A stretch of DNA of 52,939 nucleotides, filler included, from Ionaspis alba (GCA_964255285.1; 2 parts of 2 records of this genome joined end to end with filler, not necessarily neighbours in it), one strand, 5' to 3'; counted from the whole stretch's first letter, positions 33,361 through 46,944 are shown. Notes: generated by a model not told the origin, from the letters alone. Translations and numbers: made by a program.

Positions 33361-33412
33361 CTGTTGGTGGGGTGGGTTAGCTGGGTGTGGGAGGTGAAGG
33401 GTGGGGACGTAC
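33361..33412 (-). other. 5'-UTR intron of the pheromone precursor gene
   Basis: Donor GTACGT at 33412, branch GCTAAC at 33376-33381, acceptor CAG ending at 33361, 30 nt upstream of the ATG. Confidence 0.75.
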
Positions 33413-33486
33413 TGTTGGTAACGAAAGTGTTTGAAGTAAGAGAATGATTTTTGGTGAGGAGTGGAGGGTTGGTGGTGGGGAGGCAG

Positions 33487-33676
33487 TTTTATACTGTCCG
33501 CATGTTAGTTGGGGTGAGGATGAGGAGAGGCTTGTTTCGGACTTCTAGGACTTCGGAGATCGTGAGCGTGTCTTTGTTCTGGAAGGACGACATTTGAGGA
33601 GCTAGGGTTGCTTGATATTGTGCTTTGCTTAATATTGTTCCCGAAGTGTCAAAGAATTGGTCGTGCTCAACAAAGA
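33487..33676 (-). promoter_or_regulatory. Pheromone promoter: TATAAAA plus HMG-box (TR-box-like) sites
   Basis: TATAAAA on the minus strand at 33487-33493. Plus-strand TCTTTGTT at 33571-33578, ATTGTT at 33634-33639, TCAAAG at 33649-33654 and AACAAAGA at 33669-33676. Confidence 0.6.
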
Positions 33677-34603
33677 TGCAAATCAGGTTGTGGGAGTGCT
33701 AGATCTCCGGGATTGGTACTGTGGCATCATAGCGTGGGATCTGGTCATTGGTGTCAATGGTTTGGAGTGAATGCGTTAGTTGCCGTTTTCCGGCCCTTCA
33801 CATCTGATCATCAAGTCTTTACTGTCGATTCAGAGTGGTCAATTGCGGAAAGCGCTCCGACATATCGGAGAGACTATAGTTGTCGATTCATCGACACCAT
33901 AGGCTGAATAATCGACTCTGAAGTCCACTTCTGTGGCCACACTGCTAAAGGAGCCCCCAACCGTTGCCAGCCTTGAAGGGATCTTTCTCCATTCACGTAT
34001 CAGTAATATCTCCGGTCCTCGTGCAGACATGTAATTATGGGTCCACGGCTTTTGATTTTGATACATCTCAGTGCTGAAAGGAACGATGCCTGGACTTGAT
34101 TTATTTCTCCTGCTTCTGCCTTCACGACATTTTATGACTAATGGAGGTGGTGGGTCAAAACACGATGTACTTCTAAGTCTTGCCAATAATGTCTCCGCAT
34201 TTCGTGCACAAATTAGGAGACACAGGCAGAAGAGATCTACATTGAGCTGAGACACAACGCAGAAGACAACGGCAAGCTAGACATCGGGAGGCTGGTGGCC
34301 CCCCTCCGCCAAAACCTCCTCATGAACGGGAAAGGAGAAATGTTCATTGTCGTTCATGCTCGACATGCGATTTTCACTTTCAAACAAGCTGGTTTGCAAG
34401 CCAGTTGATTAGTAGCTGGGTCATTGAAAGATCATGCCTCCTCAGAATGAGTTGCATGTAGTAATGCCAAGCCCAAAGAAATCCAGCTAGCCGGATCTCG
34501 CCATAAACCCTTAGTATTGTTCTTCTTATCTTGCCTTTGTCGCTAAGCACGGTGCCAGGCTTTCTATGTATCTAGAGCTCGAGCAGTTCTCTACCATTCT
34601 CGC

Positions 34604-37565
34604 TCAGGTGTACACTTCCTCCGTAAACGCGTTCAGACTCAAGCCCTCCTTCGCAATGTCTTCCTTGATCAAGAACAGAAGTGGCATCTCCACCAAGTTA
34701 CCTTTGACCGTACTAAGCAGGTCCTTGACCGCTCTCACACCCTGTTCTCCTGGCGGGAACTGATCCGCAACGACGTGACCCCATTTGTACCTCGGAGGCT
34801 TCTTAACACCACCCTTGTCAGGCTCCTTATCGCCGTGGAAGAAGCACTCGTAGAAGGAGTCGTAGTCGCTCCAAGTCTGGACCGCATCGTGCGGTACTGG
34901 GTGGAAAACTCGTCCAAAGGCCTCCGTATTTTGTCTGGCTACGCCATTCCAGAAATTGAGGAACCCGTCTGATAAGGGATCGATCACAGCTCGATCCTCC
35001 GCAGACCCGTAGTCGTAGACGTTAGGGACACCAATAGGCTCGAAGTTCTGATTCGCCCGCTCGATATCCTGTGCCGGAAGAAGGCCGATGTGCTTGCGGA
35101 AGATCTGCCGTCGAAGTGTCGCTGCGAACTTCGACGCCCGCCACGGTTGACCATTCATGCTTGAGTCGAGCGGGGCGGGATCTTCAATGATAATGGCAAT
35201 CTCGGAGTCGTGATAACCCAATTGAGATCGATCATTCAGATTTGCTGAGCCACAAATGACCACACGATCATCTGCAATTAGAACCTTGGAGTGCACATAG
35301 AGCTCTTCACTAACGAAGGCGTCGATTTCAGGCACGTTGCCGCTCTCCCAAGGCACGTTCCGGATGTCCGTCCCTCCAAGCATATAGCACTCGCTCACGC
35401 TGTCCCAGCGACTATTGCCGAGTCCACCGCGATCGTCTATATTACTCGCAGCTTGCTGGTAGCGCTGATAATTCTGACCAGACGACGACTCGTTCGCATA
35501 TCCAGCCCCACCCTGTGCGCGATAGCCCATAGGATCAACCATAGCATCATGCTCTCGCCTGGCAAGCTCATAGTCCACTCCGCTCAGCTTTTCAGCTTCG
35601 CGCATTGCTGCACTGACATTGATTCGGTCATAGCTTCGTAAATTATAAAACCGTATGTATTCCATAGGATTGAATCCCGCATTGGCAATCGTTTCCATGA
35701 TACTATGGCCCCCACGGTTGATTGAGTTGTACTGGAACTCCATAATTGCTCGTGTACCCAGACTCGACTCGTCTTTGAGGTCGCCTGCAAATGCAGGGAT
35801 CGCTGGCATCACAACGATGACTTTGTACTTCTCCCCTGCTCGTGCAGCTCGCAGGATACGATCGGCGATCGCGCCACCGATCTTGTTCTTGATCGGTTTC
35901 TGTGCGTCTGAGGTGGCAGTAATGAAGAATTGGTTTTCAATATACACGAAATGCTGGCTCCTTTGGATGACATCGATGTATGCATTAGCGATTGAGTGCT
36001 CTGTGGGTATACCATGACTCCATTTACTGCTGCTGCGAGCAATCTGACAACGGATACCCGCTCGCGGATCCGATGAGTAGCTTCGTTGCACCGTTGGTTG
36101 CGGAGTTCCGCCATGGAACCTAGCGCTACCACCAAGATACTGGTCTTCGACATGATGCATACGACTTTCGAAGCGCTCGCGAGCTTCTTCTTCGAAACGA
36201 TGCATAGAATGCAGCTGTTCCGCTTGAGGTTGCTCGTGCATGGTCGTGGTGAGCCTCGAATACCTGGCGTCATGCCTGACATTATACTTCTCGTCGTAGA
36301 TGAAATTCCATCTCTCGACAAAGTGGGCCTTGAGATCTTCCAGAACGGGCCCTGATAAGCTTAGAGAAATGTCCGACCATCCCATTCGTGAACTTTCCTT
36401 CCGATCAAGCTTGTTATTCTCCCAGTGGTCGACGTCCGCAAAATCCATTATCCTGGCATTGTTGAAGTCTTGGCCAGGGAAGACAATTCTACCGAGATCG
36501 CTGGGATGAGCATCTGCAATAGAATGTTGATTGGTATCCCAGCGTCCATAGCACAAATCTAATCCACCCATGAACCCGATCCTCCCATCCACAACGCACA
36601 ACTTTTCATGATGCGCCCAATACAAAATAACGCCCTCATTCATGCCGTACAGTGCTTTGAGTGTGTCTCCAGGTAGTTTGGAGGCAGTCGCCGCGGTCAA
36701 AGAAAGATTTTGCAGGGAAGAGAGAAGAGAACTTTCCACTGTCTGAGCATCTGGAAGATGGTCGGGATGACGGAAGACACATATGTTTTGATGAAGATCC
36801 TCAAGAGCATGTTTGGTGTGGTTCGAGTTGACTGTCAAAGGCGGAGAAATCAGCGGATTCTCGGCCTCTACATATTCGAGTGATTTGAAGGTGACAGCGA
36901 GCCCCAGCCGAGTAAGTGCAGATGTTACTGAGTCCGTTGCATGCGGCAGTAGAGAATGTAGGTATTTGGGAATCGTCGGAGATAAGTACTTACGGGTGAG
37001 AGCTTGAGCGACTTCCTTGTAGACAATGATATTTACCTTGACACCGCGTTGAGCTGCCGCGAGTAGCATACGGTCTACACGGTATTGCTCGTTCTTTGAT
37101 GGTGGTCTTCGAAGATAGAGCTCGGGGGAGAGCCACCCTACTTGATCAGCCAGTAGTCACACATAATTTCGTGGACGACCAACAATCAAGGATCCAGATG
37201 GACTCTCTGGCCTGCTCGAGAGCTCGAGACACAGCCCACATGTAGCCACAGCCATCAACAAACCATTTGACATCATTCCCGTCTCTTTCGGCGGCAAAGC
37301 TATCATACCGATGTGGAGAGTCGTGTGTACCATCAGAACATTGACCTGCATGGGTATGACTATGTTTCTCGCCGGCTAAGCGGCTTGTAACCTCTGTTCC
37401 AATGCCATGGACTGTCTCGTGGACCTTGTTGAAGACGGAGGAGAAAAGAGAACCAGAACCACCACTTCCGTCGCCACGAAGCTTTTTGAAAGTATCTCCG
37501 ATTAATCCTCGTTCCCCGCCTTCTGGAGGGACATCTCCGTAGGCAAGGTAGTCCTCGTTAGCCAT
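34604..37565 (-). CDS. Phospholipase D (two HKD motifs, no PX/PH domains)
   Basis: Introns 37138-37183 and probably 36832-36993. Motifs ESIWILDWWLSPELYLRRPP, WAHHEKLCVVDG..GGLDLCYGRWDT, YIENQFFI and YVHSKVLIADD..GSANLNDRSQLG. Confidence 0.95.
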
Positions 37566-37754
37566 CCGCAGTGAGATATTTTGCCTCTAAGAATAAGCGT
37601 CGCTGTCTATTTATGTAGGTAATCTAGGATTCTTCGTCTATGTCTAATAATGACATCGAAGGATGCTGGTGAAGATAAGACCATGTAGCAAAGGTCACGT
37701 GCCGTTTGCTACACGCAGTGACATTCAAACTGAGGGAAGGAAACGTTGACCAGG

Positions 37755-39047
37755 ATGCCACAAAACCTAGATGTCCGTGCCGCAATTGAGGAGGCAATCA
37801 AGTCCTATCATGAGCTCAACGGGACTACTATCGAAGAAATACCAGAGCCAAGTGCTCTTGAGTATATGAGATATGTTGCTCAGAATCGACCATTTGTCGT
37901 GAGGAGAGGATGTTCAGCGTGGCTCGCACAGCGATGGAATGTCGATTATCTATTGGACACTATGGGCGAAACCCCGATTGCGGTTGCCATTACGCCTCAC
38001 GGGTTTGAGAATGTCACTTCCTCGATCCTTTTTAGAAAGTCTGACCTGATCCAGAAACGCTGATTCTGTCGTCTATAACCCTGCTGACGGAAAAGAATAT
38101 TTCACCAAACCCTTCGAAGATGAGGAAAGTTTTTCTGAATTTATGCACTACGTCCGATGTCAAGAAGAAGAGGGTGATCATATATCGCTTGTCAAATATG
38201 CGCAAACACGTGAGTTCCATGCCAGATGGGTGCGCCATAATCATAATGGTCATTAATCGTCCTTTGAAGAGAACGATAATCTACGAGGGGAGTACCAGAA
38301 CCTGTTCGAGGACGTGGCCAAGGAAATCCCAAGGGCTCGAGTTGCTCTCGGTCGAGGTCCTGATGCGGTCAATCTTTGGCTAGGCAATTCACGAAGCATC
38401 ACAGCGCTACACAAAGACAACTATGAGAACATCTATTGCCAAGTCATAGGGAAAAAACATTTTGTGCTGATGCCACCCATAGAGATGGCATGCACCAATG
38501 AGGAGGTACTTCCATCCGCAACATATATGGTATTGTTGTGAATTGCCTCATCTCATCATCGTGGAAAATGCTGATTTTATCAAGCCAACATCAGGAGACC
38601 CCGAAAATTTAAAGCTTGTACCCGATGACGATCAAGATCCCATACCATGCGCAAGATGGAATCCAGATGAGCCGGCAGCAAATCATAATGATTTTTCGCA
38701 TCTGAGCTGTCCCTTGCGAGTCGACCTGTGCCCTGGTGACATGCTCTATCTACCAGCGTTGTGGTAAGAGTAAAAGGCTTCAACTCATTTACACGGTTGA
38801 CCTATTTGCAGGTACCATCAGGTCTCGCAGACCACCGGCGACGAAGGTATTTGTGTTGCTGTCAATTATTGGTCAGTAGTGTCTTTGAGATGCTGAGAGG
38901 CAGCATAGTGTCGTGGCTGATGAGAGCTTCAGGTATGACATGGATTTTGGGGGCTCCTTTTACACGTCGAATGCTTTTATGCGCGACATAGCGCTCTTGG
39001 CTTGCCAATCTTCCGAGGACGTAAAAATTGTTGGCGTCAACACCTAG
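37755..39047 (+). CDS. JmjC/cupin-8 dioxygenase, JMJD7-like (6 exons)
   Basis: Introns 38003-38054, 38210-38269, 38530-38584, 38764-38811 and 38872-38932. Motifs TPHGNADS, YAQTQNDNL, PDAVNLWLG..TALHKDNYEN (HxD), GDMLYLPALWYHQV and AVNYWYDM. Confidence 0.92.
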
Positions 39048-39097
39048 CCGAGAGGAGGTGCAATGTGTTCCTCCAAAGCAATCGATCATTCCTGTGA

Positions 39098-41802
39098 TCA
39101 CTTCCGCTTCTTTGATAATCTTTTCTCTGCCCTGACATCCTTCTTGAGACGAGCGTCGACGATCTTGTATTTGCCTTTCGTTCCCCTTGGACGACCTGAT
39201 ATCCCACGGTTTTGCCCTCGTGCTACAACAAGCTTGACTGATTGCTTGGGTTTCTTCTTCGCTGCCTTGCTCATGAGCTTTGCGATACTCTGAGCCTTGT
39301 CCTTCTCCGTCATTCCCTCCTCATCGACGAGTAGCGCCGATTTCTTCCGGAGTTTTTCCAGGCGTTGCGCAGCCTTGAACTTCTTGCGATCTTTGGCTTC
39401 CCTGACTTTCTTGATTGGACGAGCGTTGAGAACTCGAAGCTTCTCCTTTATCGCTGCAGCAGCTGCAGCAGTTATAGGTCTGTGGGGTTTGCTATGTCTA
39501 TCTTCGTCGTCCAAGAACCATTCGGGCATGCCGTCCCGATCTCGAAAAGCGTATTTGTTGAACCCGTCATCTAACAAGTCATGAGTTGTTTTCTCGCCGG
39601 AAGCGACTTGGTGGGCAAGTGTCATAGCCTCTGCAGTGATAATATCAATATCTAAGAAACCAGATTAGTACACTTGCCACGATCCACTTTAGGAAAAAAA
39701 TTTACCGAGACGGCCATCTTGACGCCTCTCTGCCTGCTTATCCCACTCGTTCATGTCCGTTTTTACAAGCTCAAATCCGTCCTGATCATCAATAGATGAA
39801 TGCTCCGACAGCTTCCGAGGTGGCTGAGAAGCAACTTCAGCATTGCCATCCACTTTCTGCTTAGCGTCCACCAGCTGGGACAGATGTGTATTACGGACAC
39901 CCACTGACTTGCTAGCCGCATTGACAACGCCTGAATGAGACTTTTCAGCCGCATCTTCCTGCATGTCGATTGCGCTATCGTCTCCACTTTCCGTGTCTAT
40001 CCCACCAACGTCTTTGAATATGTCCTGATCGAAAAAGAGGGCTGCTCGGGTAGTTAAACCATCTTTGCCACCTTTCATTCCATCTGCTCTTTGGATCAGG
40101 GTCTTCACAATTGGTGCTTCTTCGTCCTCTGATGACACCTCGCTTTCTTGGTCCTCTTCGATTTGATCCGAACTGCTGTGACCATCATCTGAAAAACCAG
40201 CCCACTCTCCGTCGCCGCGCTCTTTCCGAGCTTTTTTTGCTCTAAACTTGGCGTCGGCGTCTGACTTGTGCTCCTGATACTGCACATAAAGCGAGTCCAG
40301 CTCGCGATCTAGCCGATCTTCTTCAGCATCACTGTCTTCGTCAGAGCTGGAATGCAGGTCATCCTTCTTGGTATCAACTACGACACTTGTAGCCATTCTC
40401 CCATGGGCAACTTTGTCGATCGCTCCTGCTCGATCAACTGTGCTTAGTGCAAACATCGAGTCTTCTCCATTCGGCCCAGTTTGTTCTAAACCAATCTCAG
40501 TGGGAGGCATCATATGCATTTGCATGCGCACAATCTCCCGCTGCTTCTGTTCATTCGCCCGTCTTCTTTCTCGTTTCTTTCGTGAGTTCTCCTTGTCATT
40601 CAAAGTCTCGAGTTCCTCCAGTATCCGAAGATCCTCGTCCATCGGGGTGATTTCGGCCACTTCTTCACTTTCAGTCGGTGCATCTGCTGCTTTTTTTGTC
40701 GCGAAGCCGAACAACGCTCGCGCCTTCAGTCGCCATCGAAGAAGCACACGGAACTCCTTCCGTCCTAACACCTTTAGGTCTTGGCAACATTGTCTGACCT
40801 CTGGAGTCGTTTCTTCCAGCTTGTCCAGAGCGGCCAGCGCAATGTCACCGTTATCCTTTTGCTTGAAGCTCAAGCGGTTCAGCGATCCAAGCATAGCTAT
40901 TGGGTCGGTCGTCTGAATGAACTCACTGGCCGGAACTTCTTTGAATTGAGTATAGTTTCCGTCTTCGTAGCCGTCCCTCTTCCTCTTCTTGACCTCTGGA
41001 TTGAAGACTTTGGCTTCGTTGTTGGGTGTGGGATCTGCAAGTTCTGCAAATACTGAACGAGGGTCGAGGAAGCGTGGATCTATACGTTTTGGTGCTTTGT
41101 AACCACGACAGACAACAAAGATCTCAGCAGAGACATTTCTTGATGAGGGAGGCTTAGTAGCTTCGACCTTGGTGAAGAGCTGATTGAAGACCCAGAGAAG
41201 AGCATTATAGTCTTTTGACCGAAAAACTTTTGTGACGAAAGTGCCGCCCTCGGCAAGAAATTCTGTAGCCAATTTCATTGCTTGAAGAACGAGTTCCGCC
41301 TGGGAGAAGGCATCTTGCACCCATGCAGTACCGACATTTGGCGCACCATCGTGAAGGACTGTGTCAGCCTTCCAGGTCTTGAAATGACTTCGAATTGTGG
41401 CTCGGCACTTGTCCGTAGTGATATCGCTTTGGAATGTGATGACACGCGGGATAGGTTTAATCGGCGAGAGGTCTACACCAACGATGAGGCTGTTGGCAGG
41501 CATTGACTCTGCTGCGACTTGACACCATGACTTGGCCTGTCAGTCTTGAACTATACAAGTCTTGAGAGCATCGACAGACTTACTCCCGGTGCCGCACATA
41601 GGTCCAGTAAAGCCTTACTCTTTTCGAGAAAGCCATATTTGCGGTTCAATTGAATAAGCTTGAATGCCGCACGAGCTCTATAGCCTTTCTCTTTCGCGAG
41701 TTTGTACCATTTGTCAAGCCGACCTTTGCCATGCTGGAAGATCATCAGTGGATATTGTTCACACTAAAGAGAGCCATATACTACCTTCTTCTGAATGCCC
41801 AT
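39098..41802 (-). CDS. SPB1: AdoMet-dependent 27S pre-rRNA 2'-O-methyltransferase Spb1 (4 exons)
   Basis: Introns 41734-41784, 41531-41583 and 39652-39705. [72 protein letters not shown] and the Spb1 C-terminal [12 protein letters not shown]. Confidence 0.97.
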
Positions 41803-42153
41803 GACCGCTCAGTACGTATCATCGATACATTCGAATACTGGAGTCAGGAATGTTGTTAACTCAGTTTTTCGCACTTTTGATGCCAAGTGTCTGGGGTCTC
41901 TTTTCACCGAACTCCGATGGTGGAACCACTAACTAGCGGCAAAGCTTATATGCGCGCTATGATGCTGCGTGGGGGTCACCTCGTGGCCCGACTACCGAAC
42001 GTTTGAGAAACAACCGCCTGCCATGTTTGCCGAGTCAACAACCACTATTCTCTTGATCACGACTCCCTTAGAAAGCTTCCCGTATTTCCGCAGCTAATGT
42101 CACTTAGACAGACTTGACATAAGGATCTTGCGCTAATGCTGTAACGTTGGCTA

Positions 42154-44941
42154 ATGGGTTCTCGAAAAAGAACTAATCCAAACCTCAAGGCAGAAGCCTC
42201 ACAGCCCAGCCAGTTTCCACCGCCAGAAGCAGTCCCGCTGCCCAAGGAAAGATCTCGAGTGGAACACTTGAAAAACAACGGCTCACAAGAGCCACCAAGT
42301 GAAAGCATAGCAACTCCAGGGAGCTCTGTTGCAGAAGCACCATCATTGAATAGTGAAGCAGAAACACCCAAATCTACAAAAGCCTGGTATGGCGGTACCT
42401 GGCCACGCGCCCCAAAGGCAGCACCAATAACGCGAATCGCCAAAGACGGTATATCTACAGCTACAGGAGTCATATCCAGCGTCGCAGAAGCCGCAACATC
42501 GCCAGAGCAAAACAAACTAGCGTTGGCCGCGCCAAAGAGTCCTTCCGTCTATCTGTCCCGAACCCTAGGGTCCTCCACCAGATCGTTACCTCTTTCTACT
42601 ACTACGACAAAGCTGAATATCTCTTCGAGTGGGTTAAAGAGTACACTTGGTTTGGCAGGGAGTAGTGCTAGGACAACGGACGATGATCAAGGCACAGATC
42701 GGAACGTGGAGGCCTTGCAGCCCGACAATGGAAAGGATGTTGAAAAGATTTCCGATGGTGCAGCTGAGACGGCAGAAAAAGACATGCCACCACCGAACGA
42801 TACGGCGGTAGCGCAGAACGCCAATTCTTCTCCGGCACGCCAAGCGCCCGAAGGACAGTCGAGCTGGCTCGGCTGGTTCTCCCAGACCGAAAGATTCGCC
42901 AACAAGGGTCTACCAAATGTAGAAGGGTCAAGTGAAGGCAACAAAGCTCCGTTTCCAACTCTCGATCTTGATGCAGTCAACAGTCAACGAGGTAACGGTC
43001 AAAAGCTTGAGCAACGTCGGAACTCTGATCCAAGTCCCCGCACCGCGATTGATGAAGAGGGAAAGCAGCACCCCCGTTCATGGCTCGGTTTTTGGAGTAA
43101 TCCAACACCGCCTCCAGAGAAGAATACATCAAAGCCTCTTGCGAGCCCGTCTACTCCGGCATTGTCCACTGTGCTAAGGAAAGAACCCACCTCAGCAGGT
43201 CCAGTCGACCGATCCACGGCAATCACTGCAAATTCGGGTGGGTGGGCATTCTGGTCTCGGAGTAATGCAAATGAAAGTAATAATGACGGGCGTCCTCCCT
43301 CGCTCGTCGGTGAGCTAGCAGTCGCCGGTTCTGCATCACAATCAAAGCCCGAGAATGCGGTCATTGACAATAAGAAAGCTGTGCCTAAGACTGGGGTCCC
43401 AGCCAGCAAACCTCAGAAGCGTCTGTCGTCAGCAGCCAACGGAGAGGCTAAGCAGCGAACCAAGGAAGCCAAGATAAGTGGTCCAACAATAGTTGCAGCG
43501 GAACCGGCCCTGTCTAAATCCACGAAAGTGAAAGAAACGAAGAGTGTCCTGAACCAGAAGAGCGATCCTGAGAATCTAGTTCTCCCTTCCTTCGAGAAGA
43601 CCTTTCGTGTTGCCGACAGTCCAGGCTTTCTTCAGCAGCTTGGGAACTTGCTATACAGGAAGGCACGAGCCGATCCTAAACACGTAAACATTCTTCGCGA
43701 TCCACCTCGGATCAAAAAGGCACTTGCCATAGGTGTACATGGCTACTTCCCCGCGCCTCTCATTCGCTCCGTTCTTGGTCAACCGACAGGGACCTCTATC
43801 AGATTTGCGGAGTCCGCAGCGAGTGCAATCCAGAAATGGACCTCGATTCACGGGTACTCATGCGAGGTCGAGAAAGTAGCTCTGGAAGGAGAAGGCAAGA
43901 TAGAAGAGCGTATTGATGTCCTCTGGAAGCTCATGCTGAATTGGCTGGAGGATATTAGAAAGGCAGATTTTATTCTCGTGGCCTGTCACAGTCAGGGTGT
44001 ACCAGTTGCAATCATGCTGGTCGCAAAACTCATTGCATTTGGATGTGTAAATGGAGCTCGCATTGGTGTTTGTGCCATGGCGGGAGTGAATATTGGGCCT
44101 TTCGCAGATTATAAGTCTCGGTGGATCAGTGGTTCTGCTGGTGAGCTTTTCGAATTTGCCCAGGCAAACAGCAAGGTATCAAAAGATTACAAGGCGGCAC
44201 TGGATACAACGCTTCAATTTGGGGTCAAGATTCTCTACATAGGGAGTATAGACGATCAACTTGTGTCGCTAGAGGTCCGTATAGCACCCACAGCTTATCA
44301 ATGCAAAGTCACTAACAGCGAGTTCTCAAGTCGTCGACGTTCGGCATCGTTGATCATCCATACATATTCAGGGCTGTGTTCGTCGATGGAAGAGTTCATG
44401 CCCCAGACTTGTAAGTTGTCCGTCCGGCCGGGCGCATAACGTCTCGAAGTGAGCGTGGTACTGATTTGGTTCTTAGCCTGACCCATCTTGTTGGGTTTGC
44501 CTTGAAACTTCGCAACCTCGGGGTATCGGATCACGGACTGATCCGTGAATTGAGTTCGCCTTTAGCTGGAAGCCTCTATAGTGGAGAAGGGCATTCAAGA
44601 ATCTACGAAGACCCGGCAGTCTATGGGTAAGTCCGACTGAACACATGCAGCCCTCATCCTGTGTTACTGATCGCGTAAACAGTCTGGCTGTCAAGCATGC
44701 TCTTGAAACCACGTCCATGGCAAGTCCGTCCTTGCGGATTTCCTGGCCCACGACGTCGACATCACAAAACCCGTACATCCTACCATTTGCTATGAGAGGT
44801 GTGCTGGAGGAAGAATATGTCCGGACGCAGTTACAGGACGAGATTAATGAATTACTGAAGCAGTTTGACGACTGGAAGCCGTCTAGTAAAGTCCTCAAAG
44901 ATGTCAAATTTCGGCTCGAAGGCGTCAGGTCAAAGCTATAG
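42154..44941 (+). CDS. Conserved fungal YML020W-like protein with alpha/beta-hydrolase-like C-terminal domain
   Basis: Introns 44275-44330, 44411-44476 and 44627-44682. Disordered N-terminus with SWLGW/GWAFW motifs, then IGVHGYFP..GQPTGTS, ACHSQG nucleophile-like elbow, DDQLV, GEGHS and NPYILPFAMRG. Confidence 0.8.
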
Positions 44942-45426
44942 ACCATGTTAAGACAGACAAGATTTGCGTGCGAGCATCGTGAAAGACTTGTTGACCTCTA
45001 TGCGATCTAGTAATCACTGCGATCATGGGAAGGCGTATCATAACGAAATACCACTACTTTGATGAGCCAGAATCTAACTCAAACAAATCGTCCATTGCAT
45101 GAAACACATTCCTCAATAGACGTTGGAAGCTGAGAAAATGAGTATTACTGCAACTTTAAACATCTATGTGTGACTTTATTGGTGGCAAAGAAATGCAGGG
45201 CTGCTCAAGAGCCTCATCATTAGCCACACGCCATTACGTGGGTGCCTTCCGTCAGCCACAGTAAAAAAAAGCGCCCGCCGCCCGAGTGTCAACTTGCTCC
45301 CGTGATACTCTTTGGTAGTCTCCACACCACCATGCATTAAAAATCTATTCACTCACTTATATTCCTTAGAAACATTCCTTGCTATTGAGCTTTCATGTAT
45401 AACAGCGCAGTACTCTGACAACAATA

Positions 45427-46944
45427 ATGTCTTTCAATTTCAAATCACAGCCTTTGAGGATAAGGACCGAGACTATAACATCTAAGAAGACTTCCGCTTC
45501 TCGAACTACGCCAGTGCCTATTCCGCAACGCTTGAATAGCCAGAAGGCTCGGCCAAGTAATGGGCCTGCGCAGAAGAAGAGCATGAACTTGGAACCAAGG
45601 AAACAGAACAAGACGTCAGCAAAGCGTACTCCAGAGGTTGACTTTGGCAACGACGAGAGTGATGCAGAAGTCTCCCCGACAATACCAAAGAAGAAGCGCA
45701 AACAAGAAGAGGACTATGAGCCTGATCTCAAGCGCCAAATTCGAAGTCGCAAAGCATTCTCTGAAGATGATAGTGGTGTTTTCCCCATGGTCCATGCTGC
45801 GAGCATTCCTTCACTAGACAAGAACACTAAATATATACCTCTATTGGCCGGCACGTCAGAATCGACCGAAATTTCTCTTCAGTATCCATCCGCTTCGCAG
45901 CAAGAGAAGTAAGACCTAATCCAGTTCTCCGACCATTCTCCTTCAAACCTGACTGCGAACAGGTTTTTACTAGTGAAGCCGAAGACGGGTGATGACAACT
46001 ACGAAGCCATTGAAGACATCAAGCAAGTAATGCACAAAGTAGTCGAGTACTACCTCCCATTGTCCGAACAGAAAGACTTTGACAATGAGCGCTCTGGCTT
46101 TCCTCAACGACTGAGCCGTGCCGTACAACATCAGTCAGAAGAGGATGTTCGTATAATCATACAGGAATGGAACACGGCAATCTCAAAGTTCCGGAACGAT
46201 GGCACCATATCTAAAGTCTTGGACGATTACAAGACCCTCGATTTGAGGCTTGTGGAAAGAATTCTAAGCCAAGCCTGTTCGCGCACTGTCTCATTGCGCA
46301 TTAAGGACCTGGCGCGATATGAAGCAGGCTCCGACAACGTTTATGGAGAGCTCATGCCGAGATTCATATCCGATATCTTGAAAAAGGATACGCACATAAA
46401 GTCTGACCAAATCTTTGTTGACCTTGGATCTGGAGTCGGGAATGTCGTTTTGCAAGCCGCATTGGAGGTCGGATGTGAAAGCTGGGGCTGCGAGATGATG
46501 AACAACTATTGCGATCTTGCCGAATTGCAGAAGGCCGAGTTCCAAGCTCGGTGTCGGCTCTGGGGTCTTGCAGCAGGGGACATACATCTTGAGCGAGGCG
46601 ATTTCACTACCAATGAAGCAATCTTTAAAATCCTCCCACGCGCGGATGTTATCGTCGTCAATAATCAGGTCTTCACTCCGGAACTTAACGAGAAACTAAC
46701 AAACCTATTTCTGGACCTCAAAGAAGGATGTCGAATCGTCTCCTTGAAGTCTTTCGTCCCCGCAGGACACAAGATGACCTCTCGAAATCTTTACTCTTTC
46801 GCCAACAGACTCGAGGTCGAGCAGAAAGAGTACTATTCGGGGTATGTGAGTTGGACGAACGCTCCTGGTACCTACTATGTGTCCACAAAAGACAGCAGGA
46901 AAATCAAAGCCTTCGCTAAGAGGAGCGAAGGTCAAATGGAGTGA
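45427..46944 (+). CDS. DOT1: Histone H3K79 methyltransferase Dot1
   Basis: Intron 45909-45962. Motifs DNVYGELMP, FVDLGSGVGNVVLQAALE, SWGCEMM, VVNNQVF, LKEGCRIVSLKSF and VSWTNAPG. Confidence 0.96.
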
